A stretch of 63,428 nucleotides of DNA, filler included, from Gonapodya sp. JEL0774 (taxonomy: Eukaryota), in NCBI GenBank assembly GCA_027604505.1. It is 45 parts of 45 records of this genome, joined end to end, with 100 filler letters (N's around TTAATTAATTAA, not from the genome) between each part and the next. Parts side by side here need not be neighbours in the genome. Positions count along the whole stretch, not along the records: positions 11,355 to 12,671 come from JADIIX010003369.1; positions 12,772 to 14,088 come from JADIIX010003370.1; positions 14,189 to 15,505 come from JADIIX010003371.1; positions 15,606 to 16,922 come from JADIIX010003372.1; positions 17,023 to 18,338 come from JADIIX010003373.1; positions 18,439 to 19,754 come from JADIIX010003374.1; positions 19,855 to 21,170 come from JADIIX010003375.1; 38 more parts are not named here. One strand, given 5' to 3'. Of this stretch, positions 11,602 to 21,270 are shown in pieces; the first letter of the stretch is position 1; every line of letters starts with the position of its first letter. A model generated the notes under the pieces. It was not told the origin of the DNA. It made no database searches and saw nothing but the letters and a program-made list of their open reading frames with translations. A program made the translations under genes and the position numbers.

Positions 11602-12195
11602 ATGCTTTCGAACTTGGTGTTACTCTCCGTTCTAACGTTGGTCGTGCACCTCATCAGTACGCATGTCCTTCACGACCAGGGTATGAGGTTCTACAGCTCG
11701 AACACTGGTGTGTCTGCGATATACGATGTTGGCTTCGCCCTGTTAAGCGACATGTCATCTTTCGCATATTTAGTCGACATCATGGAAGGCATCTTTTTCG
11801 CATGCACGGTGACTTGGATACCTGCAGGAATGCTCGCCTCAACTGTCTCGACATGGGTTGAAAAAATGTTGATTGTCTATCTCATCAGGTCGGTGACGGT
11901 GAATCTCACAGTCTTACCAGCGACTTCGGAGTGCACAACAATCGACAAGCTTTCTTTGATGGAATACGTGAGGGGTCACTGCTATGACAAAATCTTCAGC
12001 GGTCACTGGTCAGCATTTTCGGTTTGGTCGTGGATTCTCCTACAAAATAGTTTGTCCACCCCACAAACATTCGCAATCGTCGCAATGAATATATTATTGG
12101 CAGTCGCCATCGTGAGTACGAGAATGCACTACACAATCGACATTGTCGTGGCATTCTTTGTCGTCGCTTTCGTCATGAGCTTGCCACCTATCTAA
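11602..12195 (+). CDS. Intronless sphingomyelin/IPC-synthase-like (PAP2_C, SMS-family) membrane phosphotransferase, 197 aa
   Basis: SMS-family motifs: IYDVGF (D1-like), IRSVTVNLTVLP (D2), CYDKIFSGH (D3, catalytic His), HYTIDIVVA (D4, His/Asp); multiple TM segments; A-rich start context CAACAAAAAATG. Confidence 0.85.
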   Translation: MLSNLVLLSVLTLVVHLISTHVLHDQGMRFYSSNTGVSAIYDVGFALLSDMSSFAYLVDIMEGIFFACTVTWIPAGMLASTVSTWVEKMLIVYLIRSVTVNLTVLPATSECTTIDKLSLMEYVRGHCYDKIFSGHWSAFSVWSWILLQNSLSTPQTFAIVAMNILLAVAIVSTRMHYTIDIVVAFFVVAFVMSLPPI

Positions 12196-12671
12196 CCACT
12201 CAAAATCTCAAGGCGCAATCCACTCATTCTCAGTCCCAATAACAGCAGTATTACACTACAGAGCAAGCAAATTGCCATTTGATATCGCTCGTATAGAACC
12301 ACGATCTGCTTGGCCCAAGAAGGAAACCACGAGAGCTCGTATCGGTGAATACCTATGGTGTCGTCCGTAACAACACAACCCCAACTGCGACACGGTTCAA
12401 ACACTTCTGGTGGAAGCAAAAGTACAGATCCTCTGGAAACATGTGGCAAAAAGTATTGCGTCACTGCGGCTGGACCTGTTACCCAATTCACATCCATAAA
12501 TGTGCCTCGTCGCACTCCTTCACCCGCCGTCGAGGTGATTATGTGGTTGATAAAAGAGAGCATCAATGGATGTCTTGGGCTCGCAAACAATATCCCGTTA
12601 TTGATAAACTCGGTCCGTTGGACACACAAGAGAGCCTCTAATGTACCTATCGACACCGTCGAGAGTGCTAG
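12192..12671 (-). CDS. Intronless GT32 (Sur1/Och1-like) glycosyltransferase, C-terminal half with C-terminal TM helix
   Basis: INNGILFASPRHPLM, VTGP, IHRYELSW motifs of GT32 enzymes, then hydrophobic MAICLLCSVILLLLGL; the DxD region would lie beyond the contig edge. Confidence 0.75.
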   Translation of the reverse strand, partial: LALSTVSIGTLEALLCVQRTEFINNGILFASPRHPLMLSFINHIITSTAGEGVRRGTFMDVNWVTGPAAVTQYFLPHVSRGSVLLLPPEVFEPCRSWGCVVTDDTIGIHRYELSWFPSWAKQIVVLYERYQMAICLLCSVILLLLGLRMSGLRLEILSG

Positions 12672-12777
12672 NNNNNNNNNNNNNNNNNNNNNNNNNNNNN
12701 NNNNNNNNNNNNNNNTTAATTAATTAANNNNNNNNNNNNNNNNNNNNNNNNNNNNNNNNNNNNNNNNNNNNACTCAC

Positions 12778-13219
12778 GATCGAATTGTCAGAGAACTCAC
12801 ATCAACTCCAACGAGATTGACACTAGTTTTGAGAGCGTCAATGGCAAAGCGAGACCAGTCGGAAACCTGCATCATGATATCCACCACAGGTTGGAGCTGT
12901 TCTGTGTGGAGTAATCTCGCCTGAATAAAGGATTGGAGGTGCTTCTCTTTGGTCATGCCGTCACCATCGGGAAACCTTTTCAATGCCGCTTTGACGAGGG
13001 AAGAAAGAGCAGGGTCCTCGAGAAGAGCAAACTTCAGACAGGTGCTGCGTTGAGTGAGAGCGGAGGCGAGAGCGGCGAGGGATGGGATAAGTTCCCGGTT
13101 GGCGTGACGCAGAAGTGTCTGTGTACAAGAAGAGTTGGTCCCGTAACGAAAGGACCAAAAAATTGATAAAAAGCTGAATTCACCAGCAATGTGTCGCCAA
13201 GCGAGTCCAGAGAATCCAT
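12778..13219 (-). CDS. Nap1/Hem (NCKAP1-like, SCAR/WAVE complex) N-terminal fragment (exons 13219-13184, 13118-12778)
   Basis: Spliced MDSLDSLGDTLL|TLLRHANRELIPSLAAL...ALLEDPALSSLVKAALKRFP...LQPVVDIMMQVSDW aligns by eye with the NCKAP1 N-terminus (KLAEKLTIL...YLIDKNLESAVKFIVRKFP...YYFTFVDVMEF). Confidence 0.5.
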
Positions 13220-13328
13220 GTTCAATGGAAAGATTGGGATGGATTGGTTGGCTGTGTTGAATTGATCGGCGGGTTCAATAGACATAAAAGTCAAACACTT
13301 TTGATTCACCGCATTTGATTCCTTGATA

Positions 13329-13748
13329 ATGGCAACTGAGTGGGAAGACGTTCTACGCGCCAAGGTACTTTCGAGAACTCGGACGGCTCTTACTGGTTCT
13401 ATGATTCACTCGGCGTGAACTGACGAATGTCCAACCGCACTCCTTCACTCTTCACGAATATGCCCCCGTAGGGCATTCTGCCCGAGGTGACTGAAGACCA
13501 AATCATCGGCATGATGGAGGACACAATCGCAGAGAAAACGGGAGGGAAACGCGATGAAGACAAGACACTCGCTGAACTGGACGACGAACTGGACGACATT
13601 GAAGACGAAGAAGAGGAACGCATTCTTCAGGCCATGCGGTTGAGACGAGTTGAAGAAATTAAGGCTACACAGGCAAGAGAGAAGTTTGGAGATGTGTACC
13701 CAATTTCGAAACCCGAGTTCGTGCGTGAAGTGACGGAGGCCAGTCAAG
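13329..13748 (+). CDS. PLP2: Phosducin-like protein PhLP2/Plp2, exons 1-2; downstream exon appears disrupted
   Basis: MATEWEDVLRAK|GILPEVTEDQII...LAELDDELDDIEDEEEERIL...KFGDVYPISKPEFVREVTEAS. Confidence 0.85.
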
Positions 13749-14188
13749 GTGAGAACTCGCGCATGAGAAAATTTTCTTGTCGATCGATGGGAGCCAGTCA
13801 ACAGGAGGCAAATGAATGTCTGAGTGTGTTCACACAAGCGGTATCGAGGGCTGCAGAACTGTTTTGCCGAATATGACTTTCGTTTAAGGATTGTGTGGAC
13901 ACGGTGATTAAATTGGTCTCAAGGCCCTTTGGAAAACCATGGTGGGAGCAAACCCCGCTAGAAGTGATCGAATTGCAAACCCTCACTGGATTCAAGGACG
14001 GCCCGGGTTTTTCTGGCGACTAGGCGAATGAGAGGCCGGGCGCAGATGGGAGGGATCTGTTCACGCTGGGTTTCCGCCTCTGACAACTNNNNNNNNNNNN
14101 NNNNNNNNNNNNNNNNNNNNNNNNNNNNNNNNTTAATTAATTAANNNNNNNNNNNNNNNNNNNNNNNNNNNNNNNNNNNNNNNNNNNN

Positions 14189-15243
14189 AGTTATGTAGTG
14201 AGCAGTTGGACTTGGAGTGTGGGGCGAGAGTGCAGTACTAGTGACCACAGTAGTGCACAGAGACTGAGCGTTTGTGTAGAATACATCACCATCGTAACCG
14301 CCCCCAACCTCTCCAAAGCTCATTAGGTTATGAGCCTGGAGCTCTGAAGGTGGATACAAATAGGAACTGGTGCAAATTTTGACGGAATTGGACATTCAAT
14401 TGGGACCCCTCCCACTCACACCACGTCAACCAACCATGAGTGATGGATGGAGATTCGATGGGCTGGCAAAGAGAGTGACAAAAAAGCTCACTGGAGCAGA
14501 CAATTACCTGGTATGGATGGGGATTGGAAGGGTTCAAATGGAAACTGTGGCGGGAGCGTGGAAGATGGTCACAGGGGTCGCAAAACGGCCTGCAGTCCCA
14601 CCAGCAATAGCAGGCAAAGAAGTCAAAGCAGAAATCGAGAAGAAACAAGACGAATGGGACAAGATGGATCAGGGATTAAGGGCAGCGTTGATTTCAATCA
14701 TATCTGACAATCTATTTCTTTTGATTGTGTATTGTAACACATCAGCAGAACTCTGGGAGGGATTGAAAACAACGTATCATGGAAAACGGAAGGCAGAGGA
14801 GTCTGCAAAGAGGCATGCACTTGAAGATATGCAGATGGACGGATCGTTCACAGAGTATCTCAGCACATTTAGAAGACTCAAAAACGAGTACCAAGTGATT
14901 GGGGGACCACTCTCACTGTCTGATGAAACAAGAATTTTCTTGGAAGGGGCAAAACATCGCTCAGATTATCTTTGCGATCAATTCACCATATCGTCTGGTT
15001 CCACACCACCATCCGTTGCCAAAATCACGAGCGCACTTTGAGACGCTGAGATTTGTGGTCAACTCACATGCGCGGAGGTGAATACAGTGGATCAGGGGCA
15101 GGCAGTGATCGGAGGAAACTGAAGGTCCCCAACACCATTTGAGCAATGCAACTGCTGTCTCGGATATGGTCACTTTGGTCGTGAATGCGCCACACCAGCG
15201 GAGTGGGCGAGTCAGATACAGGCGAGGTGTGAATTTCCTATGG
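14189..15243 (+). mobile_element. Degenerate Copia element: LTR remnant, internal-tRNA PBS (14326-14336), gag from 14436 with two premature TGA stops and a CCHC knuckle
   Basis: GGTTATGAGCC PBS; gag KKLTGADNYLVW...WKMVTG...SAELWEGLKTTY; TGA at 15039 and 15120 in frame with CNCCLGYGHFGREC. Confidence 0.88.
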
Positions 15244-15505
15244 TGTTGGACATAATGCCATTATTTTTTGTATACGGCGCAGACTTGGTCTATGGGACAT
15301 TTGGGAGCCTTGGTGAAATGGGGTGTGTTTCGTAATCATGATGAGTCAACAGGCCACAGCAGAACTCAGCAGATTTCACATACAAGCAGCTCAATTTCCC
15401 ATGTGGTGTGTGTGAGAAAAAGACAAGACAAGTTTCAACAGGTTATGAGCCCGGCTGCTCAACTTTGAAGATCTGGACGTTTTGGACGATTGACAACAAT
15501 AAGTG
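15244..15505 (+). mobile_element. 5' LTR (15244-15440, 197 bp) and PBS (15441-15452) of a second, nested Copia element
   Basis: TGTTG...CAACA inverted termini immediately followed by GGTTATGAGCCC; no visible similarity to the LTR remnant at 14189-14325. Confidence 0.8.
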
Positions 15506-15605
15506 NNNNNNNNNNNNNNNNNNNNNNNNNNNNNNNNNNNNNNNNNNNNTTAATTAATTAANNNNNNNNNNNNNNNNNNNNNNNNNNNNNNNNNNNNNNN
15601 NNNNN

Positions 15606-16386
15606 GCACAACCGATCCCCATCGACTCCAAGGTCACAAAAAGTGATGCCATCTCCCTCGCCCCACTCTCCTTCTCCTTCCCCTTCCCCTCCCTCCCCTC
15701 CCATCTCCCCGCTCCCTCACGCCTGGTCTGCCGCTGCTGCCATTCTCTCCCGCCTTTCGCACTCCCCACCCACCGGGCACAACCGGAGCTCAGCAAACCA
15801 GAGACCACGAGGCACTCCTATGGGTGTTCATGGGGGCCGCCGGGGACCCGGGGGGGAGGGCGTGATGGGCGGAGGGACGGGGCAGCGACTTGTCGGGAGG
15901 GAAAGCGATCGCGAGCGAGTACGACTAGGACGAGAAGGAGAAGGAGAAGGAGAAGGAGAAGGAGAACAGAACAGGCACAGCGACAGGGACAGGGACCGAG
16001 ACAGCCCACCACCCCGTCCACCCTCGGTCCACACTCTCGTGGATCCCTCCCATCCGTCCCTCGGGACTCCGACCGCCACCACCACCACTATCGGACAGGA
16101 CCACGCAGACTCAGACCCAGAATCGGACTCGGACACCGCAACCCTGGTCGAAATACCACCCCACCCGCTGCCAACCAGACTCCCAGTTCGAGGACCCCCA
16201 GTTACACACTTCCACGTCCGCTCCCCACCCACCACGAGATCCCGGCCACATCCACACCCATCACACCATCCGACCTCATCACCTGCGTCTACCTTCACCT
16301 CACCGATCCGCCCCTGGTCCGCTGTCGGACGAGCGGTGGCTACAGCGGAGGTTGTGGACGCGGTCGTGGGGGGTGGGTGGGTGTGA
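15606..16386 (+). CDS. Low-complexity Pro/Ser/Gly-rich hypothetical protein fragment with (GAAGGA)n tract near 15933-15965
   Basis: Open frame of about 250 codons with EGEGEG and RDRDRD runs; no domain recognised. Confidence 0.3.
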
Positions 16387-17057
16387 ATCTGTGATGTCGT
16401 GGTGAATGGTGATGGGGGCCGGAAGAGTGAGGAGAGGAGTGGGGGGGACTGGGGATGAGTGTGTGAAGCGCTGTAATATATACTCGGCAGGCCTGGGGCC
16501 CCGGCTGGACTTTTTGAGGGATAGGATTGGCCAATGGAAGCAAGGGCAACCAGGTTTATGACTACAGTTTGCTGTTCTTTGAATTATGATTTGTACTACA
16601 TAACAGAAAGCAAGCAACAATATGAACCCCCAAACTTCGTGAAGTTCAAGAACTGCCACTCAATACATGGAATGTGACTGGATGACATTTATGGCAGGCT
16701 CACAAGAATGTATACCGTCAACACAAAAACCTCTGAGGTAGAGCAGCTGGGCCAACTCCACCTTGGGAAGTTCTTGTGTCGACGGATTTGAATTTTTTCA
16801 TTGGTTTATAAATTGAAAAGTGAATTGGGATCGGGATAGCTTTCGGCCATCCATGGAAAAAATTTAGCGGAGGAGACAGAGGTTTTACCCCCTGTTCCGC
16901 AGACACACATGCGGACGTTTGTNNNNNNNNNNNNNNNNNNNNNNNNNNNNNNNNNNNNNNNNNNNNTTAATTAATTAANNNNNNNNNNNNNNNNNNNNNN
17001 NNNNNNNNNNNNNNNNNNNNNNCATTAAACGATATACCCACATCTGACCCATTATAG

Positions 17058-17935
17058 GCATACACTTCTCAATTTATTACCCTCGTCATGATGGCGATTG
17101 TTATCTCCGAAGATAACCCCAAGAAAGCCGCCCGCCGTGCAGAAATCATTGATGCTCTGCACGAACTCCCGGACCAAGTGCGCCGGGTTCTCGCGCTTGA
17201 TATCGACATCAAGACCATGGTCGCTCAGTACTACCCCAAAGACCGCAACTCGGTCATTATTGGAAGAGGTCACCAGTTCGCCACTTGTCTTGAGGGAGCG
17301 CTCAAGATCAAGGAGATCACATACATGGCGACTGACGGGGTCCAAGCTGGCGAACTGAAACGTGAGCTTGCGTTTGGTAATGTGCCCCCAAAATCTCCCC
17401 TAACCTAATTGTTACTGCTAGACGGACCCATGGCTCTTATCGAGCCTGCTTTGGGGATCATTCTTATCATGACCGACAACATACTTTTCCCCGAAGCCGA
17501 GTCTGCGTTCGAGCAAGTACGCGCGCGTGGTGGTCAACCTATCATTATTTGCAACGAGGGCGATAAGCGCATTCCCGCCGCGTGCACACCGCTCGGATGG
17601 CTAGAATCCCTAATGCCATCTTCCACGGTCCTTGGAAAGAAGCAGAGGACAGACTGGATGGGAGCGAGGGCGTTGAGGATTCCGAAGACGGTGGACGCCT
17701 TGGAGGGAATCTTGACCGTCGTGCCGGTGAGGTCTTCATTCACAATCGTGATTTGACCTCTCTGATGTACCGTTTTTTGTTCCTTCAGCTCCAATTGATG
17801 GCCTACCACATTGCCGTAAACCAAAACAAGGACCCCGACAACCCGAGGAACTTGGCGTAAGTGTACCGTAACATTTTGTGGGATGACTTTGTTCTGATGT
17901 CTTGGTCATTCGGCAGCAAATCCGTCACTGTTTAA
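17058..17935 (+). CDS. GFA1: Glutamine:fructose-6-phosphate amidotransferase, C-terminal SIS domain
   Basis: AYTSQF, GRGHQFATCLEGALKIKEITY, AGELKH|GPMAL, LQLMAYHIAV, DNPRNLA|KSVTV*. Confidence 0.95.
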
Positions 17936-18098
17936 GATTATGGGTGCTGCGGAAAATCGATTATCATAGAAAAAAGACCGCTCCTTATCGCCCTCTGTTC
18001 GCCGTTCCTTTGTTATCATCAGAATGCGTTTTTTGTATGGGCAATCAAACACTATGTACATTCACGAATCAGATCTCCAAAACTAGCACAATGTGCCA

Positions 18099-18338
18099 TT
18101 ACACAACAATCCCAATCACTGAAATTTTGCTTGCGAGGTTCAGAAGTTGAAGGTGCTCGTCCGCGCCATCTATAAGAGCCTTGTCGCAGTCCGAAAGGAA
18201 GATTGATAGTTCAGCTTTCTGGACAGAGTTAGATCGGGGCGAAGAACAGGCACGGTCCGTTATCTGAAGCAATGATGTCAGACAAAAGGGAATTGTGATG
18301 CGTATAGGCAATGCCAGTGAACTCACCTGTTGCAAAAG
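18099..18338 (-). CDS. RFC4: Replication factor C small subunit (human RFC4 / yeast Rfc2), last exons
   Basis: LLQQ|ITDR...QKAELSIFLSDCDKALIDGADEHLQLLNL matches the RFC4 C-terminal DKCLADGADEHLQL motif. Confidence 0.85.
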   Translation of the reverse strand, partial: LLQQVSSLALPIRITIPFCLTSLLQITDRACSSPRSNSVQKAELSIFLSDCDKALIDGADEHLQLLNLASKISVIGIVV

Positions 18339-18599
18339 NNNNNNNNNNNNNNNNNNNNNNNNNNNNNNNNNNNNNNNNNNNNTTAATTAATTAANNNNNN
18401 NNNNNNNNNNNNNNNNNNNNNNNNNNNNNNNNNNNNNNTATTGAGAGTGTTTAATGTGCCTGAATTGTTTGAGCAGCGGGTTGAGGTTATGGCTGGGAGG
18501 ATCGACGGAGACCACTTTGAAGAAGTAGGAACTGCGACGTTCTCCTCCCGCGGATCACGCTTATTCTTCCTAACGACTGACATCGCCTTACTTAACTTC

Positions 18600-19690
18600 A
18601 GTTCTCCACCTCGGCTGATCTTCCTGCCCTCGGGCTTTCAAACAAGGCCGCACAACCTGCACAAGTTCAAATTTCTGGCGGCCCCAAAAAGCCGTTTCGT
18701 CCGCCCACAGAAGAAGACCTTGTGATGCGGACATTGTGGCCTGAGACAAACAAGCTTTATGGTCATGGCTACGAGTTATCATCAGTTGCAGTGTCTCCTG
18801 ATGGCAAGCTAGTGGCCTCAGCCAGCAAGGTGAGGGTAGCTTGCATGAAGTCTGCGCCACCAATTTGTTGCTCGCTTCACCATCAAGTACTGTTTCAATA
18901 CTCCTTCAGGCTGCCCACCGCCAACATGCATCTATCCGTCTGTGGTCTACTGAAACATGGCGAGAAATTTGTTCCCCGTTGGAAGCACATTCTTTGACAG
19001 TGACACATATGAAGTTTTCCCCTATGAACCCTAATAAGGATAGTAACACATACATTGCTGGAGAGTGGCTGCTGGCATGTGGAAGGGATCGGGCATGGAG
19101 TGTTTTTGGGAGAGAGAAACAACCTGTTGAGGAAAATGGTGAGCTGCCATGAGCACCCCTGCTTTCTCTCTTTGCATTCATATCCTATATTGTTGCTTTG
19201 CAACTTCTCAGACCAGTCTTACGCTCTTGTCAACTACAATGACAAGGCGCACACCCGGATTGTATGGCAGTGCTCCTGGGCATGGAATGGGTTATTCTTT
19301 GGCACTGCATCTAGGGACAAAACTGTGTGTATATCTTACAGCTGGCTGTCCACATGCTCCAAACAATGTCACAAATGCTGTCTTGATACATTAGATTAAA
19401 ATCTGGCACCGTCCCACAATAACCAACTCATCAAAGGGACTTGCAGCCACCTTAAAGACAGAACAACCAGTTACAGCTATTGCATTCTCGACACAACCGT
19501 GAGCTTGATTCACGTTTGTAAAACCTGTCATTTCTGCCAAGTAACGAATATGCTTGGTTTTAACTTCTCTGTCTGCAGTCATTACGTGTTTGCAGCTGGT
19601 TTAGAGAATGGTGGAATTTTGATCTATAAAGGAACAGACAACAATGACACTGCATTCAAAGTAGTAATGATGCATAAAATTGCAGATATG
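18600..19690 (+). CDS. ELP2: Elongator subunit 2 (WD40), C-terminal fragment
   Basis: LPALGLSNKA, PPTEEDL..RTLWPETNKLYGHGYE, AHSLTVT, AHTRIVWQCSW, TASRDKT. Confidence 0.93.
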
Positions 19691-19854
19691 TGAGATCATG
19701 AATTGTGTGTTATTTCTTTTTGTAGTTGGCTGATCTTTTGAACCTCCCCTGAACNNNNNNNNNNNNNNNNNNNNNNNNNNNNNNNNNNNNNNNNNNNNTT
19801 AATTAATTAANNNNNNNNNNNNNNNNNNNNNNNNNNNNNNNNNNNNNNNNNNNN

Positions 19855-19919
19855 GCATATTTGCGAGGTATTCGGAGTTCTTGAATGCAGGGGTACCGGC
19901 CCAAGCTGAGACCTCCACA
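19855..19919. other. 65-bp contig-end sequence that is the exact reverse complement of 42447-42511
   Basis: GCATATTTGCGAGG...GAGACCTCCACA versus TGTGGAGGTCTC...CCTCGCAAATATGC; both at contig starts. Confidence 0.95.
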
Positions 19920-20311
19920 CGAAACGGCAACCAATCGTGGCAGCTCTGGTTATTATTGAATGCTCTGTAAAAAGTAGGAGTGTGCAAACGGGACCGGTGG
20001 CTACTTTTGAACGACTAGCTTGCCATGACACAATGAGTACTGAAATATTTGGAGAATCCCGGATGAGTTCCTCTTTCTCAATCCGAGACACATTTTTATT
20101 TGCCGCGAATGAAACTAGTAGCTCGACTGCGAGGTGCATGCAAATATGAGCACTGCATCCAGGCATGGGCTAAGAACTTCTAAGGCGAAGCCACACCATC
20201 ATTTCAGGTATGCACGAATATAAAGTGGAGGCCCAGCTGCGCTCGAGCTAGCTCGATTGGCTTTCAAGATTCTGTCACATTCAACGAACGCTGCACACTC
20301 ATTGTCGAGTC

Positions 20312-21170
20312 ATGACGCAACCCCAACCGTCGACCGAATCGGCTCCCCGTGACAAGTTCGAGCTCATGAATCGGGGGTTGGGCCGCGTCCACGGTGTCAT
20401 TCGCAAATCCACACAAAATATCATTTCTCGTGCGAAAGAGGTCGTTGGAACGCGAGAGGCTGCCGATTTCTTGAAGTACGTGGAAACGTACATTCAGTTC
20501 ATCACAGAGTGAGTACACATATCAGACGTATATTGTGGAACATGCATCCAAAAAAGGGGCTGACAAAAGTCACTCCCCCTTCTCTTCATCTTGGACTTTC
20601 CGTTTCCTTTCGCTGGTTGGCGTTTACTGTATACTGTAAACGGAAACGTCTCCCTGGTTTCTGTGCATTCTGCCCAATGACGCCGACCCACTTGGAAAGC
20701 CACCACCACCACGAGGACATAATATTCCTTCCGGCGTATCAGAAAAAAGGGACTGACGTGAACTTATACGAGAAGGATCACAAGGTGAGTCACGTCTGAT
20801 GGATCGAGTAGGTGTTGAGAGTTCAAACTGGATTCCACCCCATGCAAAAAGGACCTCCATGATGTTCTCGACTCCTTCGGCTCGTACGTTACAGAGTTGA
20901 AAAAGTCCGGGAAGCCTAGCGTTGCGTACACCGCTGAAGCTGCTACCAAAGTATCGGGTTTCGCAGAACAAATTAAAGTGTGTTTCTCCTGTGTTCATCT
21001 GCATCCAGAGTTTCGTTGCTAGATAGCGTTTCTGTAGGATGCGCTCTTCCCTCATCTCGACATGGAAGAGCAAAAAGTGTTCAGTGAGACCGAGTTTCGA
21101 AGGAACTTTACGTTGGAAGAAGTTGTGGAATTGAAGAAGGCAAGTATGAAGAAAAAACTGCAGCTGTCCA
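20312..21170 (+). CDS. Hemerythrin-like (HHE cation-binding) protein, 3' truncated
   Basis: VHGVIRK...FIT(D)|HHHHEDIIFLP...EKDH...PHLDMEE gives the H / HxxxE / H / HxxxE pattern. Confidence 0.8.
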
Positions 21171-21270
21171 NNNNNNNNNNNNNNNNNNNNNNNNNNNNNN
21201 NNNNNNNNNNNNNNTTAATTAATTAANNNNNNNNNNNNNNNNNNNNNNNNNNNNNNNNNNNNNNNNNNNN

